Positions 26,390 through 33,025 of a stretch of 33,026 bases of DNA are shown in pieces. Numbering within the stretch: the stretch's first letter is position 1; every line of letters starts with the position of its first letter. The stretch is from a virus. Its lineage: Duplodnaviria > Caudoviricetes. The position numbers and the translations under genes are program-made. Where the stretch lies: positions 1-33,026 of IMG/VR virus record IMGVR_UViG_3300043620_000029; one strand, given 5' to 3'. Under the pieces are notes generated by a model that made no database searches, was not told where the DNA came from, and saw nothing but the letters and a program-made list of their open reading frames with translations.

Positions 26390-26626
26390 TTAAGTAAATC
26401 TTTCCTTCCATATCGAGGTTAATGTAGACAAACCTTCGTCTAACGTGTCTGGAACGCGTGAAAGGGAATTCCTGGAAAGATTATAGGATACTAGAGATTG
26501 TCTATTATATTTAGTCGGACTTTGTCCGAACGCCCAAATCTCGAACGGGCCAATATCTTCCTGTCCGATTTCTTTGATTATTTCTTGTCTTATCTCGAAA
26601 GAGGTTTTGTTTGAGAGTGGGCTCAT
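26390..26626 (-). CDS. Hypothetical protein (78 aa)
   Basis: ORF track. ATGA overlap with the upstream gene. Confidence 0.55.
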   Translation of the reverse strand: MSPLSNKTSFEIRQEIIKEIGQEDIGPFEIWAFGQSPTKYNRQSLVSYNLSRNSLSRVPDTLDEGLSTLTSIWKERFT

Positions 26627-26910
26627 AAAATCACTCCAATATGATCTGCCATCCTAACTTCGTTACAACTTTTGCATCGGTGAACATCTTTATAAACTGG
26701 TGTTCCATCAGCACAATGACCTAAAATCATTGTGCTTTCTAACCATTCAGAAGCCCCACAGTCACATTTTTCCCTAGCTTTGTACATTGCTGAGTACTGG
26801 TCCCTTTCAGGAGTGTGAACACAAACTCCAGGAAGTATTCCGAAGTGGAAGAATTCGCTTTTATTTTTTAATTCTTCCATATTCTTCACCATTTTGTTAT
26901 CGATAATCAT
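26623..26910 (-). CDS. Hypothetical Zn-binding protein
   Basis: CxC and HRCxxC motifs. ATGA coupling. Confidence 0.6.
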   Translation of the reverse strand: MIIDNKMVKNMEELKNKSEFFHFGILPGVCVHTPERDQYSAMYKAREKCDCGASEWLESTMILGHCADGTPVYKDVHRCKSCNEVRMADHIGVIL

Positions 26911-27137
26911 TTAGAAAAATAATCCTTATAGTGATGTTTTACATTATCCCATTCATCAGTGAATTGATCATAAGAAATTCCAGATGCCACATATCCATCA
27001 ACTAAAATACTCCAAACAGCACCACTCCAAAGAGTAGACTCAATTTCAGGATGTTTAGACATCAAATCTTTTATTAAATTATACCCTTTCTCGACCTGGT
27101 CTTGGTCATCTATTTTAGCGTTTCTTTTTTCCATCAT
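26907..27137 (-). CDS. Small helical hypothetical protein
   Basis: ORF track. AGGGG RBS. Confidence 0.65.
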   Translation of the reverse strand: MMEKRNAKIDDQDQVEKGYNLIKDLMSKHPEIESTLWSGAVWSILVDGYVASGISYDQFTDEWDNVKHHYKDYFSK

Positions 27138-27179
27138 TCCCCCTGATTTTATCTTTATGTTAAGGTTATCATAATATTC

Positions 27180-27213
27180 TGAACCATTTTGTTAATGTCG
27201 CCGAAATGGTTCA
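27180..27213. repeat. Intergenic inverted repeat
   Basis: TGAACCATTT-N14-AAATGGTTCA with perfect 10-bp arms. Confidence 0.6.
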
Positions 27214-27246
27214 CACGCATTCAAGGCTCGGAAATTAAAGCGGTGA

Positions 27247-27468
27247 TCATCTAAAAACACCCTTTCTAAGATTATGCAAAGTTCCTTTAACCCAATATTC
27301 AAACTCATTGACTGTATGTCTGCCACTTATCTGTTCTTTATAGCTTCTCAATCTTCGTCTAAACCAAGCGCCACCAGGACCGCTGCATTTAGCATTAGGA
27401 CAATACCAAACTCCTTGTGCTTCGACTTTTGCATGTTTTAGGTGGCAATAGAAGCATGTTGATTCCAT
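27247..27468 (-). CDS. Small Cys-rich hypothetical protein
   Basis: CxxC...CPxxxC. Follows a GAAGGAG RBS. Confidence 0.6.
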   Translation of the reverse strand: MESTCFYCHLKHAKVEAQGVWYCPNAKCSGPGGAWFRRRLRSYKEQISGRHTVNEFEYWVKGTLHNLRKGVFR

Positions 27469-27670
27469 TCATTTCTTCTCCTTCTGCACCTCACTATTAT
27501 TATTTACAGGAGATCCCCACAGTTTCCGTAAATCATCCACAGAAAGCCCCGTGTAACATGCGGAACACATTTTAACACCCAGGTGATTTTTACGATCCTT
27601 GTAAAGTCGACCGCATTCGCACATCTCAGGTTGATTTATAGTAATTTCCTTCATTTCTTCTCCTTCTGCA
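27468..27670. repeat. 21-bp direct repeat flanking one gene
   Basis: TTCATTTCTTCTCCTTCTGCA at 27468-27488 and 27650-27670. Confidence 0.75.
27469..27654 (-). CDS. Small Zn-finger protein
   Basis: CECG...CSAC. ATGA coupling. Confidence 0.6.
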   Translation of the reverse strand: MKEITINQPEMCECGRLYKDRKNHLGVKMCSACYTGLSVDDLRKLWGSPVNNNSEVQKEKK

Positions 27671-27884
27671 ACTCATTAAAACAAGTTAAGGAACAAGCAA
27701 ACACACTCTTTATGCTTCTTTCTTGTCGGTAGTAAAACTCCGAAGTTTTGCTTTTATCGCAATTGTCACACTTACGGTTTATCACTTTGACTTGAAGAGC
27801 CGGGTAGATTTCGGCCCAAAGATCAAGTTTAGCATTTTGTCTAACTAGTGGGGGTATCATGTGTTCCTTTGATGAGCTTTTCAA
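27651..27884 (-). CDS. Small Zn-finger protein
   Basis: CDNC...CSLTC. True start probably the internal MIPP. Confidence 0.55.
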   Translation of the reverse strand: MKSSSKEHMIPPLVRQNAKLDLWAEIYPALQVKVINRKCDNCDKSKTSEFYYRQERSIKSVFACSLTCFNELQKEKK

Positions 27885-28167
27885 GCATTTCTACTTTAGA
27901 TTCTAATTGATCTAACCTAAATTTGATGTCGTTTCGATATTTTGAATAATTTTGATCCTTCTTTGCTCTAATTTCTTCTACATTAAGTTGAGCATCTTCT
28001 GCGTCATACTCACCTAAGCATCTTTTCCGTTCCCTTTTAATTGTAGAAATACTCACTCCAACTATCTCAGCAATCTCTTTTTTAGAAATCCCTTTAGAAA
28101 ACAGTTCCTGGATATCTACTCTGTCAGAAAATGTCAATTGGTAGTGATAATACTTACTTTGCGTCAT
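27841..28167 (-). CDS. HTH protein resembling the IS30-family N-terminal HTH, with coiled-coil tail
   Basis: QLTFSDR..I..L...G.S..EIAE.VGVS.STI.RE.KR...Y.A..AQ. No DDE domain. Confidence 0.7.
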   Translation of the reverse strand: MTQSKYYHYQLTFSDRVDIQELFSKGISKKEIAEIVGVSISTIKRERKRCLGEYDAEDAQLNVEEIRAKKDQNYSKYRNDIKFRLDQLESKVEMLEKLIKGTHDTPTS

Positions 28168-28275
28168 GTATATTCTTTCATTTAAAGAATTTTATTGTCA
28201 TACAAAAAACAAACGCATGGTGTATAGATTATATCTTTCTACAGCATTAACATGCACGGCTAAATAGAGAATGCA

Positions 28276-28542
28276 GTGCAAAAGCGCGTTGTAAAAAGGT
28301 CATCTATAAAAACAGCGTTTGGTAGAGCTGTTAGAAATTTGCGGATAGAACAAGATCTCTCGCAAGAGACGTTGGCCGAACGTGCAAATCTTCACACAAA
28401 CTATATTGGTTCAGTAGAACGAGGAGAACGAAATATCACTCTAGAAAATATATGTAAAATCGCCAGAGGTTTAAAATCGCATCCAAGTGACTTATTTAAC
28501 CGCATTAACAACTCGTTGTTCTTCCCCAAGAACAGGATTTAA
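28276..28542 (+). CDS. XRE-family regulator resembling R-M controller (C) proteins
   Basis: FG..VR.LR....LSQE.LAE.A.LH..YIG.VERGERNITL.NI.KIA..L. AGAT-TAT-ATCT palindrome at 28226-28236. Confidence 0.85.
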   Translation: MQKRVVKRSSIKTAFGRAVRNLRIEQDLSQETLAERANLHTNYIGSVERGERNITLENICKIARGLKSHPSDLFNRINNSLFFPKNRI

Positions 28543-28782
28543 CAATGATCTTGTTTCACGATCTAAATAGGCCCATTTCATGACCTTAAACCTATTGTCA
28601 GTACCGTATAAATCCCATCCGATGGCTTTATCAAACTTGCCTATATATATCCAAACATTATGCCCAGCAAAGGTTGGATCTATCCCTACTTTCCTTGTAA
28701 TATCATCTGTTTCGGCTAACACAAAAACCTCTTCCAGTGATGTTGGAAGCTTATTATCATTTATATCATTCCAATTAATCAT
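28492..28782 (-). CDS. DUF551-like phage protein
   Basis: W.....KLP....VFV...V.KWAYL pattern. Confidence 0.6.
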   Translation of the reverse strand: MINWNDINDNKLPTSLEEVFVLAETDDITRKVGIDPTFAGHNVWIYIGKFDKAIGWDLYGTDNRFKVMKWAYLDRETRSLLNPVLGEEQRVVNAVK

Positions 28783-29065
28783 TACTTTGCTCCATTCGTT
28801 TCCATAATTTTGGCCACTGCATCCTGACAGCAGCTATTTTACCAGAATGCGATTCTGCCATTTTCGAGATAAGATATACAGCTCTTATTAATCTAACAGT
28901 TGCCGCATCTTCTGCTGTTTCTTTTTTTTCAAATATTTCACTCTCTTTATCAATAGAGTAATAAAGCTCGAATATAGGAATAATGTCGCTTAAGAATTTT
29001 TCTTGTTGATTGAGATCCCAAATCTCCAAAACCTCATTTATTTCTAATTGGATATCCTTTGACAT
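28775..29065 (-). CDS. Hypothetical protein (96 aa)
   Basis: ORF track. TAATG coupling to the groES-like gene. Confidence 0.65.
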   Translation of the reverse strand: MSKDIQLEINEVLEIWDLNQQEKFLSDIIPIFELYYSIDKESEIFEKKETAEDAATVRLIRAVYLISKMAESHSGKIAAVRMQWPKLWKRMEQSND

Positions 29066-29352
29066 TACCCCTCTGTCACTATCGCTAAAATATCTTTTTC
29101 AACAATCAACCTATGCGGTTCATCTTCTGTACCACCTCTGATAGATATACCTGAATAAGGAGATATGAGAACAATCCCATTCACAGATATAGGAAATTCA
29201 CATTGATCACCAATAGCCAAGACAGTTGCATCCACAGGTTCATCAGGAGCGTTTTTATTGATTGGTATTATAAGGGCGCCAACTGTTTTCCCTTCTTCTT
29301 TTTCTTTTTTAAATTTAACGATTAAGTTTCTTCCAACTGGTTTAAGGGCCAT
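29065..29352 (-). CDS. groES: GroES/Cpn10-like co-chaperonin
   Basis: LKPVG..LIVK, KT.G.LIIP (mobile loop), TVLAIG, YSG and EKDILAIV. 95 aa. Confidence 0.85.
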   Translation of the reverse strand: MALKPVGRNLIVKFKKEKEEGKTVGALIIPINKNAPDEPVDATVLAIGDQCEFPISVNGIVLISPYSGISIRGGTEDEPHRLIVEKDILAIVTEG

Positions 29353-29355
29353 TTT

Positions 29356-29592
29356 TTAATTATCCTCATCTAAAATTGTTTGATATCTTATCAAGCATTC
29401 TTCTTTGAAAATCTTAATTCCCTGCAATAAATGTTTTTTTGATACAGCTGACGAGGCAAGATATGTAGAAAATGTCATCATCAATACATCTAAAGCGCAA
29501 TAAGTTTTAATATTTTCATCGTCTAATAAATCACATATTTTAATGGAAATTTCTTCGATTTCTTTCCTGTTTAAATCCCTCAATTTATTCAT
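29356..29592 (-). CDS. Small helical hypothetical protein (78 aa)
   Basis: Start re-called at MNKLRDL after AAGGA RBS. Aligns with 31090-31341. Confidence 0.65.
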   Translation of the reverse strand: MNKLRDLNRKEIEEISIKICDLLDDENIKTYCALDVLMMTFSTYLASSAVSKKHLLQGIKIFKEECLIRYQTILDEDN

Positions 29593-29764
29593 TTTTCCTT
29601 TCCTTTTTTTCTTTTTGCATATCTTTGTAAGCAAATATTATCCCTGCTCGATATTCATCAGGTAACATGCATATTTCGTAAATTAATAGCTGTTCGTCTT
29701 CTGATCTATCCTTCAACATCTCCATTGCTTGTTCTATTATAGATAAGTAAGATTCAGAGGACAT
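29585..29764 (-). CDS. Hypothetical protein (59 aa)
   Basis: My translation MSSESYLSIIEQAMEMLKDRSEDEQLLIYEICMLPDEYRAGIIFAYKDMQKEKKERKNE. Coupled to both neighbours. Confidence 0.6.
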   Translation of the reverse strand: MSSESYLSIIEQAMEMLKDRSEDEQLLIYEICMLPDEYRAGIIFAYKDMQKEKKERKNE

Positions 29765-29958
29765 TATCCAACGCTTTTATAATCTGTTTGATAAAACCCT
29801 GTTCCTTTGAAATGTAGGGCCGCATTTCCGCTAATCATCTTTTCCATATCCTTGTCTGAATTACACGCTAAACATGATACACAAGGCTTCTCACTCATCT
29901 TGTGAAAGACAGCTAAGGTAAACTTACAATTAGGACATCTATAGTCATATGTGGGCAT
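29764..29958 (-). CDS. FmdB-family zinc-ribbon protein
   Basis: MPTYDYRC..C...H.MS....C..C....K.IS....FKGTGFY.TDY signature. Confidence 0.9.
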   Translation of the reverse strand: MPTYDYRCPNCKFTLAVFHKMSEKPCVSCLACNSDKDMEKMISGNAALHFKGTGFYQTDYKSVG

Positions 29959-30044
29959 GGTAATCTCTCCTTAATACAATCCATAAACGGGTTATTGCTT
30001 TTCTTCTCTTCCTGATAAGGGAAGGGTCTAACTTCAGAGTTCTT

Positions 30045-30281
30045 CTAATTGTCTTCATCTAACTTTGCCTCGATTGCTTCCATTATCCATTGAGTTCTGT
30101 TCATCCATTCTTTTTTATTCAGTCTATCTTGTATCCTTTCCAGACAGCTATTTGGAACACGTAAGAGTATATTTGTAAAATCAGGTTTTTTCTTAATATC
30201 CTCTTTTACATGACCTCCCCCATCGATGAACGCTTCCTTTTTCCGCTCATCATCTCTCGGTATACTTCTCGATATCGGCAT
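30045..30281 (-). CDS. ParG/ParB-like ribbon-helix-helix centromere-binding protein
   Basis: AFIDGG N-terminal arm then ILLRVP..L..I.......NRTQWI.EAI. Directly downstream of parA. Confidence 0.7.
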   Translation of the reverse strand: MPISRSIPRDDERKKEAFIDGGGHVKEDIKKKPDFTNILLRVPNSCLERIQDRLNKKEWMNRTQWIMEAIEAKLDEDN

Positions 30282-30350
30282 ATGGAAAGCCTATGTTTAA
30301 TGTATAAGTGTTATATATAATGTATATGCTAAGTATATGTCAAACATATA
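30279..30350. repeat. Seven hexamers (consensus YATATR) at 11-bp period, candidate centromere/operator
   Basis: CATATG 30279, CCTATG 30290, TGTATA 30301, TATATA 30312, TATATG 30323, TATATG 30334, CATATA 30345. Confidence 0.7.
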
Positions 30351-30993
30351 TCGCATCGTAAAGGTCTTGTATTTCTTTGCATGCCTTTTCATCTTTAATC
30401 GCTATCTCATGAACACCCAAACCATCTGCACATGCATTTGCAAACGACTTTCTTGTCTTAATACAAATCGGAAGTGTGTGTAGAGAGTTTGTTTCTTTCA
30501 ATACTGTGAGAGCTTCTTCATTATCCTTACCCTGATGGTCAGCTTGGTTTAAGAATGCGTAGAAAGACGCATTGAAGGCAGAACATTCTTCAATGAGTCT
30601 CTTAACAGGTCCTAAAGTCCACATATCAATGGATCTGGGTTTGAATGGAAAGAGTATCTTATCCGAGCAACAGATGGCTGCTCGTTGTGATGTGGTATCT
30701 CTACCACCTGTGTCGATTATGATATCGTCATAATCATTCTTCATCTTAATGATATTTGAGTAGAGAGCCTTTCCTGTTAGACAGACCGTTACGAATACAG
30801 CATTATTAGATGTTGGTGATTTAAGACCAAGCCCCCGATGATCTCTTTGCAAAGACCATTCGTAAGAGCTTTGCTGTTCATCAGCATCAACTAGTAAGAC
30901 TTTCTTGCCGTTTGCCGATCTCATTTGGCAAAGGTTCGTAGCAATCGTAGTTTTTCCACTACCGCCTTTTATACCACCTATCGTTAGAATCAT
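30340..30993 (-). CDS. parA: Short Walker-type partition ATPase (type Ib ParA/ParF-like)
   Basis: KGGSGKTT, LLVDADEQ and IIIDT motifs. 217 aa with no N-terminal HTH. Confidence 0.92.
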   Translation of the reverse strand: MILTIGGIKGGSGKTTIATNLCQMRSANGKKVLLVDADEQQSSYEWSLQRDHRGLGLKSPTSNNAVFVTVCLTGKALYSNIIKMKNDYDDIIIDTGGRDTTSQRAAICCSDKILFPFKPRSIDMWTLGPVKRLIEECSAFNASFYAFLNQADHQGKDNEEALTVLKETNSLHTLPICIKTRKSFANACADGLGVHEIAIKDEKACKEIQDLYDAIYV

Positions 30994-31062
30994 ATATACC
31001 CCATATGTTTTGTATATGCGATGTACATGGATATCATATATGGGACATATGCGCTATATATA
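30991..31062. repeat. Seven hexamers (consensus YATATR) at 11-bp period upstream of parA
   Basis: CATATA 30991, CATATG 31002, TATATG 31013, TACATG 31024, CATATA 31035, CATATG 31046, TATATA 31057. Confidence 0.75.
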
Positions 31063-31089
31063 TATTAATCAGAGATATATGGATTGTTT

Positions 31090-31341
31090 TTAGAGGTTCT
31101 TTGCTGCAAGGATTTTTTGATGCTCATCATAGTAATGAATGCACATATACTTAAGCTCCTCCACGGCTACCATTAAATGGTCTTTGTCAATACAAGTACT
31201 TATCAAGAAAACGGAAAGGGAGTGTAGATAAACATGATACATGTCATTCACATTTCCCAGAGTTTTGTCTTCTATGACCTTTGTAATAGATAAAGAAATG
31301 TCGTTGATATCTTCATTGGTCAGATCGGATGTGCTGCTCAT
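31090..31341 (-). CDS. Small helical hypothetical protein (83 aa)
   Basis: ORF track. AGGGG RBS. Paralogue of 29356-29592. Confidence 0.65.
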   Translation of the reverse strand: MSSTSDLTNEDINDISLSITKVIEDKTLGNVNDMYHVYLHSLSVFLISTCIDKDHLMVAVEELKYMCIHYYDEHQKILAAKNL

Positions 31342-31362
31342 TTTTCCCCTATGTCTGGAGTC

Positions 31363-31395
31363 TATGTCCTAAGTCAGAATGTTTATGTCCTAAGT
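31363..31395. repeat. 12-bp intergenic direct repeat
   Basis: TATGTCCTAAGT at 31363-31374 and 31384-31395 (21 bp apart). Confidence 0.6.
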
Positions 31396-31402
31396 AAGTA
31401 AG

Positions 31403-31669
31403 TCACGGGATTAAATCATCGGGGGTTTCTGTAGGACGATCAGCTTTCAAATTCTTTAATCTTTCTTTTCGCTTTTCTATGAATTTTTCTTTCATTTTAT
31501 CTAAAGTGGAACAAAAAAAGCCTTCACTATATCCCTTCATTTCCATTGTTCCGGTCAAACAGGCTGTTAGAAACGACAAAATTTCATTTTCGGAATAACC
31601 ATTTTCAATACAACAACCATCAAGGGCTTTAAATAATTTGTATGCGGAATCAGTTCTTTCTTCACTCAT
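31403..31669 (-). CDS. Small helical hypothetical protein
   Basis: Start re-called at MSEERT, overlapping the upstream stop. Confidence 0.6.
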   Translation of the reverse strand: MSEERTDSAYKLFKALDGCCIENGYSENEILSFLTACLTGTMEMKGYSEGFFCSTLDKMKEKFIEKRKERLKNLKADRPTETPDDLIP

Positions 31670-31856
31670 TTTCACCAACGTCTGATAATGTCTCTAATGT
31701 TGTGTTGTTTCTTGGAAAAAGTTCCCTCATAAGCATGTTTAGGGCGTATTCGTCATTTTTCAAATTTTCATCCTGTTCTAGACTAGGTGTGAAGGCTTCT
31801 AAAGATTTGTCATTTAAACATGGCCAACATACCCATTCCATTAAGTCTTTCCCCAA
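31662..31856 (-). CDS. Hypothetical protein (64 aa)
   Basis: ORF track. Fills operon gap. CxxC. Confidence 0.45.
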   Translation of the reverse strand: MGKDLMEWVCWPCLNDKSLEAFTPSLEQDENLKNDEYALNMLMRELFPRNNTTLETLSDVGENE

Positions 31857-32107
31857 TAAACTACATCATCCAAAGGAACTTTTTCTATTCTATCCCACCA
31901 GTAAGATGGGTTCACTTTAATATATTGGCATAAAGGATAGCACTTGTCTTGACAAAAGTATGCCTTTTTCTCATTTCCATTTTCTAAACGGACTTTGTAG
32001 ATAGCCTGATCTTTTTCTGGTAATTCTTTCTTAGCATCACGCCATTCCTTTACATCAAGATTCTCTCCTTCATCAAAGAGATCCATCACTTGAAATCGTT
32101 TAAACAT
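31841..32107 (-). CDS. DUF551-like phage protein
   Basis: EW...K.ELP...V.YW pattern. Confidence 0.6.
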   Translation of the reverse strand: MFKRFQVMDLFDEGENLDVKEWRDAKKELPEKDQAIYKVRLENGNEKKAYFCQDKCYPLCQYIKVNPSYWWDRIEKVPLDDVVYWGKT

Positions 32108-32264
32108 TCAGTTCCTTAATCAATTGATCTTCCGACACCACACATTGATCTTGCCAGTCTTCTACTTTAGAAAAACAGGAAAAACAAATCTCTTGATTTT
32201 GATACAATTCTCTAGGTTCTTCTTTTATGATAGCGCTGCATTTTATACAAACAATTATAGACAT
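32100..32264 (-). CDS. Small Zn-finger protein (54 aa)
   Basis: My translation MSIIVCIKCSAIIKEEPRELYQNQEICFSCFSKVEDWQDQCVVSEDQLIKELNV. GGTG RBS. Confidence 0.55.
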   Translation of the reverse strand: MSIIVCIKCSAIIKEEPRELYQNQEICFSCFSKVEDWQDQCVVSEDQLIKELNV

Positions 32265-32367
32265 TATTCACCATGTATAAAAAGGATATGAGCAACTTTG
32301 ATTCCATGCATGCATATCATGCAATTACTCACATCCTCGACACGCTTACCCTATGTAAGATGCCTTA

Positions 32368-32547
32368 TTAATTTCCATGAATTTTTTTAAGAATGTTCTC
32401 TATTCTTTCAGCAGAAGTGCTTATACTAGAATTGAGGATTTCTATTTTAGAGATTAGCTTGTTGGCTTTCTGATTAATCGCCATGATTATCCAAAAAAAT
32501 AGTAGAAAATTCACAAGGCAGATTATATATAGTTGATTCCAGTCCAT
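32368..32547 (-). CDS. Small membrane-anchored coiled-coil protein (59 aa)
   Basis: My translation MDWNQLYIICLVNFLLFFWIIMAINQKANKLISKIEILNSSISTSAERIENILKKIHGN. AAGGA RBS. MDWxQ start shared with 3222-3458. Confidence 0.65.
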   Translation of the reverse strand: MDWNQLYIICLVNFLLFFWIIMAINQKANKLISKIEILNSSISTSAERIENILKKIHGN

Positions 32548-32630
32548 TTTTTTCCTTATTTTTTATTCCTAATCCCCAAAAAATATTGGAGGCCATTCGG
32601 TAATAATTACTATTGGTGGGATTTCATTCA

Positions 32631-32834
32631 TCATTTTTCTTTAACAGTAGCAAGTTCAGCTGGCATAATGTTTTTCATACATAAAACTGTTTTTATTACT
32701 TTAATCTCAGACTTAACTTCATTCAATTCTTTGCTGATTTCAGTGATGTTTCCATTTAAAAAATAAAAAGCAATTCCAACGACAATTATCGTGTGTAAGT
32801 CAAAACTGCGAATAAAATCATATATGTCTTTCAT
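32631..32834 (-). CDS. Small membrane-anchored coiled-coil protein (67 aa)
   Basis: TM segment TIIVVGIAFYFL then heptads ITEISKELNEVKSEIKVIKTVL. AAGGAG RBS. Confidence 0.7.
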   Translation of the reverse strand: MKDIYDFIRSFDLHTIIVVGIAFYFLNGNITEISKELNEVKSEIKVIKTVLCMKNIMPAELATVKEK

Positions 32835-32859
32835 TTTCTCTCCTTTTTCGTTTGAAGAA

Positions 32860-32888
32860 AGTTTAACAAAAGTAGAACTTTAAGTCAA
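32860..32888 (-). promoter_or_regulatory. Promoter with palindromic spacer, copy 2
   Basis: TTGACT-N17-TAAACT. AAAAGT-AGA-ACTTTA at 32868-32882. The -35 overlaps the upstream stop codon. Confidence 0.6.
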
Positions 32889-33025
32889 TAATATCCTCCT
32901 GATCCACCGCCTAAAAATCCTATACCATCATCCCCATATACTTTTCTTTTTAATTGGTCTATCGATAAGTTCTCATCTGGATGACTGAATTCTCCAGTGG
33001 GAAATGCAGAGTAAATAGCATAGCG
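32885..33025 (-). CDS. terL: Terminase large subunit, C-terminal end (partial)
   Basis: My translation RYAIYSAFPTGEFSHPDENLSIDQLKRKVYGDDGIGFLGGGSGGYY*. RYA fits the tail of the DH..DA.RYA nuclease motif, but only 46 aa are visible. Confidence 0.5.
   Translation of the reverse strand, partial: RYAIYSAFPTGEFSHPDENLSIDQLKRKVYGDDGIGFLGGGSGGYY

Noticed and set aside
27841-28167. IS30 insertion sequence
   Set aside because: HTH only, with no DDE domain, terminal inverted repeats or target duplication.
30279-31062. TA-rich repeats as CRISPR array or simple microsatellite
   Set aside because: Units are 6 bp with 5-bp spacers, no cas genes are present, and strict 11-bp phasing fits protein-binding sites better.
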